From IMG/VR virus record IMGVR_UViG_3300045391_005020: a stretch of DNA of 64,000 nucleotides, one strand, 5' to 3'. Made by a program: the position numbers and the translations under genes. The DNA comes from a virus. Taxonomy: Duplodnaviria > Caudoviricetes. Positions 8,623 through 19,044 of the stretch are shown piece after piece. The notes under the pieces are model-generated. The model was not told the DNA's origin. It did not search any database and saw only the letters and a program-made list of their open reading frames with translations. Every line of letters begins with the position of its first letter. Within the stretch, counting starts at the first letter, position 1.

Positions 8623-9685
8623 GTTTCAAATCCTGCGCGTTGATCAAAACCAAGATCCGGTGTCCAGCCGGGTCCGGGACCAGCGTCACGCCATCGCCAG
8701 CCACGAGTGTGAAATTACCATCTTGGGTGTGCGCACCATTGATCGATTTCACACAATCCTTGGCCAGGGTCCCCAGATCCGGGAACCCTTTCACCTCTGC
8801 ACAATCGACCCCGAGTCCGGCGCCGAGCCGATAGCCAAGCCGGATCAGGTTCTGGGACAGATCCCCGTTCAGGACCGTATTGTGGCCAGCCTCCAGGAGT
8901 GGTGCGCTCGCGAGGGCCCCTGAGCCATCGACTTCGGCATCATGCGTGGTTGGCAGAGACGGGATCTCATCGTCGATCGTCACCGCGTGGGTTGTGATGG
9001 TCACCACGGATGAATTGACGTAGTGGGTGTACTCAGTCTCGGGCGGTTCGACCGCGACATCTACTGTGGATGTACCCTGAACCGTCGGGGTGACCTTTTC
9101 CTGTGTTTCCACTGGTTCGGTCGTGACCTCGACGCAGCCAGCCACCACGGCCGCAGTGCGATTCTGCAGCATGAATGACGATGCAGCGCCTTCAGTCTCG
9201 TCACACGATGACGGACCGGCATGAACCTTGTTCGCAACCCGGAGCGTGGTGACGTGTCCAGTATCAGAGACGCGGACTACCGACGGATCGAGTTGATCCG
9301 AGAGTCCGGTCAGGCTCGCGACCCAGCTGTCGAGCGATGCGGGATTTCCGATAAACGCGATCCCGTATCCGAGTTCCGGGTGCGGAACCGAGCTGCTGTC
9401 CTGAAGGCTCAAGATGATACGGGTGTCCTCTTCATCGGATGTACTGAACGATCCGACCAGCTTGTAGCCCGTCTTAGCCGACGACACGATCGCGAACGTG
9501 AGTTCGACGGTCGATCCATCTGATTCCACCTCGTTCAATTCGATCCCGCCATTATCGAGGAACAGCTGAAACTCGCTCGAGAGCACACACAGCATGTCGA
9601 CGAGGATATCGTCATTGAACGGCGGCGTCGCGTCGAGTCGGAACGGGAATTTCCGGTAATGATTTTCGGTTAGCCACTGGTTCAC
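8609..9685 (-). CDS. Putative baseplate/short-fibre protein, paralogue 5 of 5
   Basis: N-term NQWLTENHYRKFPF...DDILVD; C-term VKSINGAHTQDGNF. Confidence 0.7.
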   Translation of the reverse strand: MNQWLTENHYRKFPFRLDATPPFNDDILVDMLCVLSSEFQLFLDNGGIELNEVESDGSTVELTFAIVSSAKTGYKLVGSFSTSDEEDTRIILSLQDSSSVPHPELGYGIAFIGNPASLDSWVASLTGLSDQLDPSVVRVSDTGHVTTLRVANKVHAGPSSCDETEGAASSFMLQNRTAAVVAGCVEVTTEPVETQEKVTPTVQGTSTVDVAVEPPETEYTHYVNSSVVTITTHAVTIDDEIPSLPTTHDAEVDGSGALASAPLLEAGHNTVLNGDLSQNLIRLGYRLGAGLGVDCAEVKGFPDLGTLAKDCVKSINGAHTQDGNFTLVAGDGVTLVPDPAGHRILVLINAQDLKRAQP

Positions 9686-10425
9686 GTGTTCTCCCCAGTG
9701 AGCTCGATCGTCAGCTGCGCTTCGCCCGGAGTCAGGTTGATCCGGAACGGCAAGCCCGCGGCAATGAAAGTGGAACCGACGAAGTTGCTTGTCGAGAGTC
9801 CAATCAGGTTGACGTTGCCGTTCGCGTCAGGAACGCGGCCACTTAGAGTCTGGAGTCCGCGCGCCGGCGCGGTGCGGCCGGCAAATGGGTTTCCTGAGCA
9901 ATGCAGTCTGGCGCCGTTCACGGTTCGCTCAAACCACAGATCTGTCTCGGCGACCAAGTAGACGTCACCGGTCAGGATCGTGCCATCTGGGAGCTGCACA
10001 CCGGGCTGCCAATTCGGATCCGAGACGACCAGCAAATGCGGAATGACCTGAACGTCAGTGAGGAGGTGTTCGGTCTCGCGCCAGACCAAGACCATCTGGA
10101 TCACCGCGGGCGTGACGCGCGCATACCCGACCACCAGACCGTTGCGGCTGACCGGTTCGATGTCTTGCATGGAGCTCGACACGGTCAGGACGCCAACCAG
10201 GTTTGTGTCGACGTCGGTGAACCGGAGCTCCGCGGTGCCGCTGCCGGAGAGAACGATGCTGGACAGGAAGACATCGGTGGTGTCGCTGCCAACCATCAAG
10301 TTCAGATCCAGGATCGCGTCGTTATCCAGGATGTGGCCCGTATCGGTCTCGATCGCGCCGGTGCCCTGAAACGGGTACCGTTCTCCGCGTAGGGAATCTT
10401 CCCATTGTTCGTTTAGGACCCGCAT
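9682..10425 (-). CDS. Putative baseplate/short-fibre protein, paralogue 4 of 5
   Basis: NEQWEDSLRGERYPF...NDAILD; LQTLSGRVPDANGNV. Confidence 0.7.
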   Translation of the reverse strand: MRVLNEQWEDSLRGERYPFQGTGAIETDTGHILDNDAILDLNLMVGSDTTDVFLSSIVLSGSGTAELRFTDVDTNLVGVLTVSSSMQDIEPVSRNGLVVGYARVTPAVIQMVLVWRETEHLLTDVQVIPHLLVVSDPNWQPGVQLPDGTILTGDVYLVAETDLWFERTVNGARLHCSGNPFAGRTAPARGLQTLSGRVPDANGNVNLIGLSTSNFVGSTFIAAGLPFRINLTPGEAQLTIELTGENT

Positions 10426-11171
10426 GGTTCACCCTCGTCGGTCCAGACGTCACCCTCGTCGGTTGAGATCTCCACGATTCCCGGATCGGTCGGGATTTCC
10501 CGCACGTTCACGATTTCGAGATCGAGATTTCCATCGCAGTCCGGCACCACGCCATTGATGGACGTGATGGGGCGAACCTTCGGATCACCCTCGGCCGGCC
10601 GCAGGCAGCCCGGGATAGGGTCGACCGCGATCGCGGCGTCGATCGCTCGCACTACACCGGCCGTCACGGTCACGATTTCATCATCCTCGCGCTTGATCCG
10701 CAGGGTCTCTGGCACGATCTCGAGACCAGTTCCAGCTTCCAGTCGGACGAGTCCAATCAGGCTGTGCGGTCCGACGCGCATTGTCGCGGTCGCGAGCGAA
10801 TCCTGGTAGGACAGCAGTGCTTCCGGGAGGAATTCGTAGGATCCGTCAACGCGCAGACGCTGGCGACGCACACCTTCACCGAATGCCATGAATCCAGTAA
10901 CGCCGAACAGGATCGGGGTCACGGCGATTGGGGCGTGGGTGGTCAGGGCGCTCTGCAGAGTGGTCAGATACGCAGCCGGCTGGCCGTCTATCGCTAACAC
11001 GCACGATACGACCAGGTCGGTGACCGACATGCTGATCAGAGTCAGCTGGTCGCCGTAGCTGGCCGGCGCCTGGATGATGGTGTCGACGATCAGATCCTGC
11101 GCTATCGCGCCGTCATCGTTGCCGACCAGCGGGAAGGCGCGAAGCTCATTGGAGTCGTAATACGTCATCAC
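10413..11171 (-). CDS. Putative baseplate/short-fibre protein, paralogue 3 of 5
   Basis: YYDSNELRAFPL...QDLIVD; ITSINGVVPDCDGNL. Confidence 0.7.
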   Translation of the reverse strand: MMTYYDSNELRAFPLVGNDDGAIAQDLIVDTIIQAPASYGDQLTLISMSVTDLVVSCVLAIDGQPAAYLTTLQSALTTHAPIAVTPILFGVTGFMAFGEGVRRQRLRVDGSYEFLPEALLSYQDSLATATMRVGPHSLIGLVRLEAGTGLEIVPETLRIKREDDEIVTVTAGVVRAIDAAIAVDPIPGCLRPAEGDPKVRPITSINGVVPDCDGNLDLEIVNVREIPTDPGIVEISTDEGDVWTDEGEPCGS

Positions 11172-12424
11172 GCCTCCGTGGCCGGATCAGCCGGCTCGAA
11201 TATGACTTTGAACTTCTTCGACCAGGTGTTGTCGGCCGGCAGGGTGGCACAGCCGCCCATGTAATTGATGGTCGCGTCGACATGCCAGCGGCCACTCGCC
11301 GCTACTGAGTCGTCAATAGTCGCGAGATGGACTTCTGCTGAAACCGATACGGTTTCACCGGGGCTCACCGTAACCGTGATGGTGCCAGGCAGCCCGTCAT
11401 GGGTACTGGTGCTCGCACCTTCCGGTCCAAACCGCTGCACCAGCATCGATCCGCTCACGCCAGCCAGCAGAGTCTGTAGAGCCGTCGGCTTGACGATCGC
11501 AGTCAGGTCGACCGACAGCTCGTAGGTTGAAGTGTTGGTCACAGCAACCACCAGCTGGCTGAAGTAGGGACGATTGAACGATCGGCCGGCGATCTGAACG
11601 ATTCCACACGTGTGAGCGAAGGTCCCCGAGATGTTCTCGAGAGTTTCTTCGACTCGGTTCGCGGCCACCAAGGCAGTCTGGTAGCGGTTGAACTGATCGT
11701 GGTGGATCGCGGCCAGGTGATACGAGTAGTCGGCTTGTTCGGCAAACTTCGCATTGAGCTCGTCGATGTCGTCGCAGTCCAGGCACGGTTCGCACAGGTT
11801 GTAGAGCAGCAGCTTGTGCGGCTCGGTCGGGTGCGGAACAGCGCGGTGACAGCCGTCGTTCGCGAGCACAAACGAGCCGAATCCGTCCGGCTGGATTCCA
11901 GAGAGGGAGAAGACGTTGTCGCAGTCGGTTTCAGAGCAATCGACCCGGTCGACCGGATCCTGGGCTGACACGACCGTGTTGGTGTCGTTCTGAATCGAGA
12001 CGAATTTGTCGAAGGTGAGTTCGACGTCGCCGTCGAGCCCGTTCAGACTGGTCACCACCGGGTTGACGGTCACGCACGCATTCGGGGCGAATTCGACCGG
12101 CGTCGTCAGTAGGGCGTAGGTTTGGATCGCTGCAGACGAGACGATGAACCGGTAACGCGAACCGCGCGCGGTGTCGACGCCCTCCATGACCTTGTAGTCG
12201 CCCATGGTCGTCACGGTCGCGGTCGTGGTCTCGAGGATGACGGTTGCACCCTGTTTGACCTGCACGTGCGCGTTCGTGAGTGCTTGCGGATCGAAGATTG
12301 TGAGGGTGAAGATCCCAAGCGCCGGCGCGGCCACGAAACCGTCCGCGATCACGTGCGTGATCGGGTCAGTGACCTGATCACCCAGCGGATACGCGAGGTT
12401 GAGGTTTCCGGCAAGCCATTCCAT
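11168..12424 (-). CDS. Putative baseplate/short-fibre protein, paralogue 2 of 5
   Basis: EWLAGNLNLAYPL...VIAD; VFSLSGIQPDGFGSF, CEPCLDC then coiled coil and beta-sandwich-like end. Confidence 0.7.
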   Translation of the reverse strand: MEWLAGNLNLAYPLGDQVTDPITHVIADGFVAAPALGIFTLTIFDPQALTNAHVQVKQGATVILETTTATVTTMGDYKVMEGVDTARGSRYRFIVSSAAIQTYALLTTPVEFAPNACVTVNPVVTSLNGLDGDVELTFDKFVSIQNDTNTVVSAQDPVDRVDCSETDCDNVFSLSGIQPDGFGSFVLANDGCHRAVPHPTEPHKLLLYNLCEPCLDCDDIDELNAKFAEQADYSYHLAAIHHDQFNRYQTALVAANRVEETLENISGTFAHTCGIVQIAGRSFNRPYFSQLVVAVTNTSTYELSVDLTAIVKPTALQTLLAGVSGSMLVQRFGPEGASTSTHDGLPGTITVTVSPGETVSVSAEVHLATIDDSVAASGRWHVDATINYMGGCATLPADNTWSKKFKVIFEPADPATEA

Positions 12425-13311
12425 TAGCCCACCAGGAAGTTCTGGAGTGATCGCAGCGCGGATTCCAGGTCAGCGGACTTGTTGGCCTGAGTAGCCAGGA
12501 TCGATTGGATATCGCGCGCTGCTGCTTCCAGGATCTGGATTTCAGCGGTCCCGCAGCACGGCTGGGCGCAGGTATCTTTGAGGGCAAGCTGATTGGTTCC
12601 GGCTTCTATGTCGACGCATCCGACCGGAATTATCTCGAGGTTGCCCGACTCATCCGGCGTGACGCCATTGATCGATTTCACTGCCGTGCGGGCCCTCCCG
12701 CCGGTGTCGGTGCACGGGCACGGATCTTCGATCAAGACGCCGGTTTCGAGTTCGACCTCGATGGTCTGGCCGTCGACATCGATCGCGACGTTGTCGCCGG
12801 CCTGCAGAGTGACGGCGCCAGTGAGGCGTGTCTGGGCTCCGAACGCGTCCACGACTGTGATGGATGTCACGCTCGGAGCGGCTGGGAAGATGATGGTGGG
12901 GACCAAGCGGGTCGCGGCCAAGGTGAACGTGTAATTGCCAGACGCCGCGGCGATGACCGAAGCTGCGGTTCCGAATACGAACGAACCGCCGACGTCGGTG
13001 TACCCGGGTAAACCGCTGACCGTGTAGGCCGTGAACTCCTCGAAGCCCGCGAGCGGCACCGTTACGGACGCCACATCGGCGACCCCGTCGACCGCAACGG
13101 TCAGAACCATGCCGGCCCCGAAGGCCGCGATCTGGCGAATGTAAAACTTGGTCGAATCCAGATTCGGCGGAGCCACCAGGCGCGCGTCGACGATCACATC
13201 GTTCGGGAGCTCGAAGGTAGCGGTGGTGTCGAGACGAGTAGCGAAGTCGACGAGCGGGTAGGCTCGATCAGAGTTTTGGTCGTACCAGTTTTGGTTGATG
13301 ACTTGCGTCAT
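12424..13311 (-). CDS. Putative baseplate/short-fibre protein, paralogue 1 of 5
   Basis: NWYDQNSDRAYPL...NDVIVD; VKSINGVTPDESGNL, CAQPCCG then coiled coil. Confidence 0.7.
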   Translation of the reverse strand: MTQVINQNWYDQNSDRAYPLVDFATRLDTTATFELPNDVIVDARLVAPPNLDSTKFYIRQIAAFGAGMVLTVAVDGVADVASVTVPLAGFEEFTAYTVSGLPGYTDVGGSFVFGTAASVIAAASGNYTFTLAATRLVPTIIFPAAPSVTSITVVDAFGAQTRLTGAVTLQAGDNVAIDVDGQTIEVELETGVLIEDPCPCTDTGGRARTAVKSINGVTPDESGNLEIIPVGCVDIEAGTNQLALKDTCAQPCCGTAEIQILEAAARDIQSILATQANKSADLESALRSLQNFLVG

Positions 13312-13326
13312 GGGACTCCATGGCTG

Positions 13327-15036
13327 TTACACCAGCGTGAACCCGAGTCGCAGGAACCCGAGATTGCCCGTGAATCCGTCGGTTGAGAGGCGGTTGATTC
13401 GCACCTGGACGATCGCGCCGGCGGGGACGTTCGCGATATCAGGGGTGACATCGAATTCTGCCGCTTGTCCGGCCACGACCGCGCGGCCCGCGAGCGTCGC
13501 GAGGCTGGTCCAACTGGTTGGCAGCGCGGCGTTGGTCGAGCTCGGAGCGACGATGCGGTAATCGATCGTGACGCCGGCCGGCACCGTGCCGGTTAGGCTG
13601 CTGTACAGCCACGGCTTGAGCCGAAGGGTCGCGGTCGGAGGCGCGAGGCGCGAGACTTCGAGGTTGAAGATCGGGTTCGAGGTGCGGCCGGCTGCCAGCG
13701 TGATGACTTGGATACCGTTGATCGAGTCCTGACGAGCATTCGCGAGATCGACCAGGTCGGCGTTGCCCTGGAGGGCGTCCGAGTTGGTGACGCTCAGCGT
13801 CATCGGACCGTAGTAGCCTTCGGTCGCGGTTCCGTTCGCGGCATTGATGGTCACGCCGGCGCCCGGGATGATGCGGCTCACTACCGGTCCGCGGCGATGC
13901 TTACCGGCGCTGACGCTCTTGAGTCCAAGCGCACCTTCGTCGGTGTCATTCAGGTTTGGGAGGACGTCGGTTACTTTCGCGAGCAGGCGACCCGAGGAGG
14001 CCGGCTGTCCCGAGGCGTTCACGTACTGGATATCCAGGACGGACTGTGGGTGCTTCTCGAGGCGCGTCACAACTGCGTTCGAAGTCGCGAAGAGCAGGCG
14101 CGAGAACCAGAACTGTACGACTTCCGCGGTCAGGCTGACGCTATAATCGACCGGCCACGGCGCGGTGCCGTAATCATCGGTCATCCACCAGATGCCGAAC
14201 TGATTCACTACGATGGTACCAGAATCCAGGATGGCGCCGCCCTGATCGAAGCTCACGCCCTCGAGCGGAATCGGTGGGAACGAGGCGCGGAGTTCGGCTT
14301 CGTCCGGATGTTGGATGTTGTATCCGAACTTGGCGCCTGCCGGAATCTGGATGGTCGGGAAATACGGAGCAGCGGCGGGCAGCCAGCCGCGGACGGCGGT
14401 GTTGGGCGTATTGACCAGATGCGGATTTCCGACTGACGGATCCACGACAGTTCCGGCTGGATCGCCAACCAGGTCGAACTGGAAGTGCGTGTGGGAGCCG
14501 TACACGGGCGGCGCCGGCTTGGCCAGGAACGTGCCGTCCGGTAGCGCTTGCCCGACGTAGATCGCGAGCGGTCCCGGTTCGAGCGAGATCTTGCCCTCGT
14601 CCTCGCTGGACAGGAAGTAGTGCCCCGGCGCGAAGACCGCGTCTTCCATGACGGCGGCCCACTGGACCTCGGTGATGCTGGAGATGCGGCCACTGAGCGC
14701 GACCGTTCCGGAGGTGGCGGTGTCGAGCGCCAGCAGGATTCCGAACACGTAACCGGATCCGGCGGTCAGACCGCCAACGGTGTCATCGGCGATCGCGGCG
14801 AGCGCGGGTTTGAAGACGTTGTCTGTGTCGAGATACAGCGGAGTACCGACGACCATGCCGGATTGCAGGACCGCATTGGTCATGCGCAGCAGCTGGCCGG
14901 CCTCGAGCGCATCCAAGACCTCCTTGAGGTGCTGGGTACGCTGCGTCAGGTCCTGAGTCGGTTTGTTGGTTTCCGACGCGCTGACCGGATCGCCATCCGT
15001 GAGCAGATGAACGGTGTCTTTGAAAGGCGTCGTCAT
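13327..15036 (-). CDS. Baseplate-associated fibre/attachment protein
   Basis: N-terminal DGDPVSA...NKP..DL..RT..LK typical of fibre N-termini; beta-rich; follows the wedge genes. Confidence 0.6.
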   Translation of the reverse strand: MTTPFKDTVHLLTDGDPVSASETNKPTQDLTQRTQHLKEVLDALEAGQLLRMTNAVLQSGMVVGTPLYLDTDNVFKPALAAIADDTVGGLTAGSGYVFGILLALDTATSGTVALSGRISSITEVQWAAVMEDAVFAPGHYFLSSEDEGKISLEPGPLAIYVGQALPDGTFLAKPAPPVYGSHTHFQFDLVGDPAGTVVDPSVGNPHLVNTPNTAVRGWLPAAAPYFPTIQIPAGAKFGYNIQHPDEAELRASFPPIPLEGVSFDQGGAILDSGTIVVNQFGIWWMTDDYGTAPWPVDYSVSLTAEVVQFWFSRLLFATSNAVVTRLEKHPQSVLDIQYVNASGQPASSGRLLAKVTDVLPNLNDTDEGALGLKSVSAGKHRRGPVVSRIIPGAGVTINAANGTATEGYYGPMTLSVTNSDALQGNADLVDLANARQDSINGIQVITLAAGRTSNPIFNLEVSRLAPPTATLRLKPWLYSSLTGTVPAGVTIDYRIVAPSSTNAALPTSWTSLATLAGRAVVAGQAAEFDVTPDIANVPAGAIVQVRINRLSTDGFTGNLGFLRLGFTLV

Positions 15037-15037
15037 G

Positions 15038-15589
15038 TCAGTTCGCCTTCGTGATCCAGGTGCAGCTGGCTTGCCCGCCGCCGGTCACCGGGACCGCCGT
15101 GCTGAGCACGAAGCGGGCGTACAGGACGTCCTGGAGATGGTTCGAACCGGCCGGGGCTGCCACCAGGCAGACTGCGAAGATTTTGGAGTCCGAACCGGCG
15201 CTGAACGGCAGGCTGTTGAGCAAGCCGGTCGACGAGGTCGTGAGCGCGTGGAACGTGACCTGGTTGCCATCGTGGTCGCCGTCAGCGGCTTCGATCAGAG
15301 GCTCGGCGATAAGGGCGGCCCGGATGATGTCGCGCGGCGCAGTGTAACCGTGGATGTCGGCCGCACGGTCGGTGCGGGCGACCGCGCCGGCGCTCGGGGT
15401 GCCGGCGGTATTCTCGTATTCGAAGTAGACGTGCGAGATTCGGTAGTTGGATTTGCCGGCCAAGAGCTGCGCGATCACGTCACCGCCGGTGTAGACCACA
15501 TCGTTGTGGCCATCTGCTTCGGCGCCGGCGTCGTTGCGGACCAGTACGCGACCGGTCAACCGTTCTGGAATCTCGAATGTGTCGCGCAT
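15038..15589 (-). CDS. Baseplate/tail-fibre attachment protein
   Basis: N.VVY.G...IA.LL N-terminus and LYARF...V...WI C-terminus, as in tail-collar-type proteins; position after wedge genes. Confidence 0.55.
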   Translation of the reverse strand: MRDTFEIPERLTGRVLVRNDAGAEADGHNDVVYTGGDVIAQLLAGKSNYRISHVYFEYENTAGTPSAGAVARTDRAADIHGYTAPRDIIRAALIAEPLIEAADGDHDGNQVTFHALTTSSTGLLNSLPFSAGSDSKIFAVCLVAAPAGSNHLQDVLYARFVLSTAVPVTGGGQASCTWITKAN

Positions 15590-17043
15590 CAGTTCACCAT
15601 GATCACGGGATCAAAGTCAGTATAGGTCAGCCCTGGTCCCGTCGTATCCATGGTCTCCGTCGGGGCCTGGATGGCATCGTAGACCGTGGCCGAGGCGTCG
15701 GACGTCTCTGTAAGATTTAACAGATCATCCACGGGTTGTAACGCGGATTGTACCACCAGGAGGGTGCCAGCCGGCAGCAGGGTCTGGATTCTGGTCAGGA
15801 ACCCGGGTTCGAAGCCCAGGAAGTGTTCCGGTTTGACCACTACCACGATCAGGTTCTGGCCCACGATATTCTCGACCATGAACTTGAGCGGATTGACCGC
15901 GACTTCGTCGGAAATGTCGTCCACGCCGACCCATTCAGCCAGGAGCTTGCCGGCGTCGAGGCCGCGCTGGTGGGTCTGGGCCCAGAAGGCCTCGACCGCC
16001 GCCTGGTCGCCGTACACCGTGAACCGGACGTCCTGGGTCTCGGTATCGAACTGGAATGTTTCATCCACATTCGGGAAGACCAGGCTATTGGACCCCACGG
16101 AAAGGCCCGGCAGGGACGAATACGGCCGCGCTGAGCCACTCGAGCACTCGAAGACCTGCACGGTGTCGACCAGGAGCTGACCTGGCTCCAGAGCGTCTCC
16201 AACGGTCACCAAGGGGGTGGCATCGGCATGGGCCCGGTAGACCCGCTTGTCGGTCACGATCGCCAGGCCTTCGTCGTCGACCTCGATCAGCTCGACGGTT
16301 TCGTCGCCGACCGCGTCCTGGAGCCCGACCGAGCCCAGGATACCGCGCTGGAGGTCAGCGATCGACGGTCCCTGGACCAACATCGACCAAGCCGACAGGA
16401 GGGTCTTGCAGTAGGCTTCGCTGGACTGGCCGTGGATCCCCAGGACAGCTCCGTACCGGAGGAACGGGAGGTTCTCGTCCTGCTGGACGTTGCGGGCCCA
16501 CAGCAGGACTTGGTGGTCCACTACGGCGCCGGTCGAGTCGTAGATCGGGAGCCGCGGCAGGAGCTCGAACGGGTTCTGGGTGAACCGGATCACCTGGGTC
16601 TTGGGATCGAACTGGAAAGTCGAGGCATCAAAGACGTGGTCCGGATCCAGAATCTGGTCGACCAAGATTCCGATGCCTCGGATGTCGGCCGCAAGCTGCC
16701 ACGCGTAGGGCTGTGATTCGATCTGGCCGTACACCAAACCATCGCCATAGGTTCGTCCGGACCCATACCGGACCATATTCGTCTCTAGGGTCAATTCGGA
16801 CTCTAGGAGACGGATCAGGCGCCACTGGCGAGCCACGAACGGTTTGATGGTCTGGATCGATCCGGCCGACGCGGTCTCGATCGCTCGCAGGTACACGTCG
16901 GCGTTGACCTGCAGGTCGGCCCAGGTGTGCTTGCGCAGCAGTTCGGCGTCTTCCAGGTAGTCGCGCCAGAACGTCCCGAGCTGGTTGTACAGCTGATCGG
17001 GATTGCTGAGCGTACCGGTCAGGATCGGATCAGCGGGAAACAA
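15589..17043 (-). CDS. Baseplate wedge protein (gpI/gp7-like position)
   Basis: Directly after the baseplate J-like gene; C-terminal ..LLPAG motif. Confidence 0.55.
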   Translation of the reverse strand: MFPADPILTGTLSNPDQLYNQLGTFWRDYLEDAELLRKHTWADLQVNADVYLRAIETASAGSIQTIKPFVARQWRLIRLLESELTLETNMVRYGSGRTYGDGLVYGQIESQPYAWQLAADIRGIGILVDQILDPDHVFDASTFQFDPKTQVIRFTQNPFELLPRLPIYDSTGAVVDHQVLLWARNVQQDENLPFLRYGAVLGIHGQSSEAYCKTLLSAWSMLVQGPSIADLQRGILGSVGLQDAVGDETVELIEVDDEGLAIVTDKRVYRAHADATPLVTVGDALEPGQLLVDTVQVFECSSGSARPYSSLPGLSVGSNSLVFPNVDETFQFDTETQDVRFTVYGDQAAVEAFWAQTHQRGLDAGKLLAEWVGVDDISDEVAVNPLKFMVENIVGQNLIVVVVKPEHFLGFEPGFLTRIQTLLPAGTLLVVQSALQPVDDLLNLTETSDASATVYDAIQAPTETMDTTGPGLTYTDFDPVIMVN

Positions 17044-18637
17044 TGGTCAACTCCACGCTGGCGGGGTCGCAGCAGAAGTAGGTGTTGGCTGCCCCTATGC
17101 CGTTCTCGGGCGATTCGACGAGCGTCAGTTCGGGGCCCGTCTCGATCGCGTGGTCGGTCTGGTCTGGAGCCAAGATGGTTCCACGCAGCACGGTATTCAC
17201 GACGTCGCCACGCGGCACTAGGTCCGCGATGGCGCGGTGGATCACGAATGAGCTCAGGGACGAGGTGCCGAACGGAGTTTCGTTCACGGCCGCAACGATC
17301 GCGCTCCGAAGATCCGCGATCGTAGGAGGGACAACGCTGGACGGGATCCTGATCGTTGCCTGCACGCTGATTTGGCACGGCACGCCGGCGCGGACCAACA
17401 GATCTTGTCCGGCAGGCCGGCGCGTCGAATCGGTCACGTACGCGTTGACCGCATCGATCGAGGGCATGTAGACCAGATCGACGTCGTACTCGCGCTGTTC
17501 ATTGAGCGTATACGGCGCTTCGCCGGTGGTGTCGATGAACAGAACGTTCAATGTCGCGTACGCCGAGTAGGCCGCGTCTTGCGCGGTCACGAACGTCGGT
17601 TGGTACAGCGGCTCGGTCGAGACCCCGATCGTGACGGATTCCGGCTGATTGCCGCCCAGTGCCGACAGGCCCGCGGCCCGAATCGCAGTGACCCGGTACA
17701 CGCCCGAGCTGTCAGCACGGGGAATTGAGAGCAGCACGCGCTGCGCCGACGCCTCCACGACGGTGCCGGTCATCCGGAGCGTCTTGGTGCGGGGGAACTC
17801 AGTCGTGCGAACGTAGATGTCTTGCTTGCCGCCTTGGCTGATGCCGAACAGGTTTCCAGCATCGCGAACCATCAGCGGACTTCCGACGCCGATCACGGCA
17901 GCGGTCGTTCCTGGGAACGCGTCTGCCAGGCTGGCCTGTATGTGCTCGGGTCCGGCCAGGACTTTCGCGGTGATGCCGGCCGCGGCGCGGGCCAGCAACT
18001 CCTCGTTGGTTTCGCGGGTGTCGCCGCCTTCGAAATCGGCCGCGACGATCGCTTCTTCCATACCGGTCAGCGGATCGGTGATGGTCAGGACCGTGTCGGC
18101 CAGCAGCCGGCCGTCAGAGCCGGTCTTCTGGGCGGTCACCGAGATGGTGAACTCGTAGCGGTTGTCCGAACGGAGGATCAGGCGGCGTACGTTGGCGCTC
18201 TCTTGAACCCCGACCGAGTCCGGAGCGTAGATCCGGTAGTCCACGGTAGTCGCGAAGGCTTGGTTGTTGTAGGTGAACGCGAAACCAGCCGGGATCTGGT
18301 ACGGGATCGCGGCCGATACGATGATCCGGACCGGGCCGCTCGCGGCGGTTGCGTCACGGCGCACGATGAAGTAGTTCGAGACCAGTCGGTCGACTTCCTC
18401 GTCGGTCACGGTCACAATGTTGTCCGAGATGGCCTGCAGGCTCATCGAGTTCGACAGCGACACCAGGCGGGCCTGGTGGCCAGCCGCCAGCAATGCTTCG
18501 GGTTCAACCAGGAGACCGTCGAGGGCGGAACCAGGCGAAACGTCGAGGTTCGGTTTGGATTCGACCAGGATTGATTTCACCAATTCGCGATTGGAGTCGA
18601 GCTCAGTCAGCGAAACGGATGTGACAAGGTCAGTCAT
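17030..18637 (-). CDS. Baseplate J-like wedge protein
   Basis: DVSPGSALDGLL, R..AT.ASG.V, IPAG..F, VTAQKTG..G, FEGG..RETNEEL..R motifs. Confidence 0.85.
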   Translation of the reverse strand: MTDLVTSVSLTELDSNRELVKSILVESKPNLDVSPGSALDGLLVEPEALLAAGHQARLVSLSNSMSLQAISDNIVTVTDEEVDRLVSNYFIVRRDATAASGPVRIIVSAAIPYQIPAGFAFTYNNQAFATTVDYRIYAPDSVGVQESANVRRLILRSDNRYEFTISVTAQKTGSDGRLLADTVLTITDPLTGMEEAIVAADFEGGDTRETNEELLARAAAGITAKVLAGPEHIQASLADAFPGTTAAVIGVGSPLMVRDAGNLFGISQGGKQDIYVRTTEFPRTKTLRMTGTVVEASAQRVLLSIPRADSSGVYRVTAIRAAGLSALGGNQPESVTIGVSTEPLYQPTFVTAQDAAYSAYATLNVLFIDTTGEAPYTLNEQREYDVDLVYMPSIDAVNAYVTDSTRRPAGQDLLVRAGVPCQISVQATIRIPSSVVPPTIADLRSAIVAAVNETPFGTSSLSSFVIHRAIADLVPRGDVVNTVLRGTILAPDQTDHAIETGPELTLVESPENGIGAANTYFCCDPASVELTIVSR

Positions 18638-19044
18638 TACAACCTCTCGATCGGGATGATGAAGTCAGTCTCGCCGTCCTGAGTGGTCAGCCGAACTGTC
18701 AGAGATAAGGAATCTTCGAAGAGCGCATGGGTCACCAGGTCGGCGCTGACGATCTGCTCCGATTTCGGGAGCGTCGATTGATCGCCTAGTTGCCGGATGA
18801 GCCTGAAGGTAGACGACGTGAACTCGAGCTGGATGGCGGCGTCGGTGTTGAGCTTGCCGGTCTTCATCGCGATCGGGAAGTTGGTACCGCGGTCGCGGGT
18901 CGCGTCGAACTCGCGCAGGAACAGATTGGTGAACTTCTGGGCCGCTTTCGCGGTACCGTCGAGCGCACGTGCAGGGTCAGCATACGCCAATCGGGATGGC
19001 GTCGGCTGATTGTTGCCGCGGATGATCTGTATATCGAGCGTCAC
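18637..19044 (-). CDS. gp25/GpW-like baseplate wedge subunit (sheath initiator)
   Basis: 135 aa, G..K.AQKF...FL...RGT.F...E.I pattern, immediately upstream of baseplate J. Confidence 0.65.
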   Translation of the reverse strand: MTLDIQIIRGNNQPTPSRLAYADPARALDGTAKAAQKFTNLFLREFDATRDRGTNFPIAMKTGKLNTDAAIQLEFTSSTFRLIRQLGDQSTLPKSEQIVSADLVTHALFEDSLSLTVRLTTQDGETDFIIPIERL

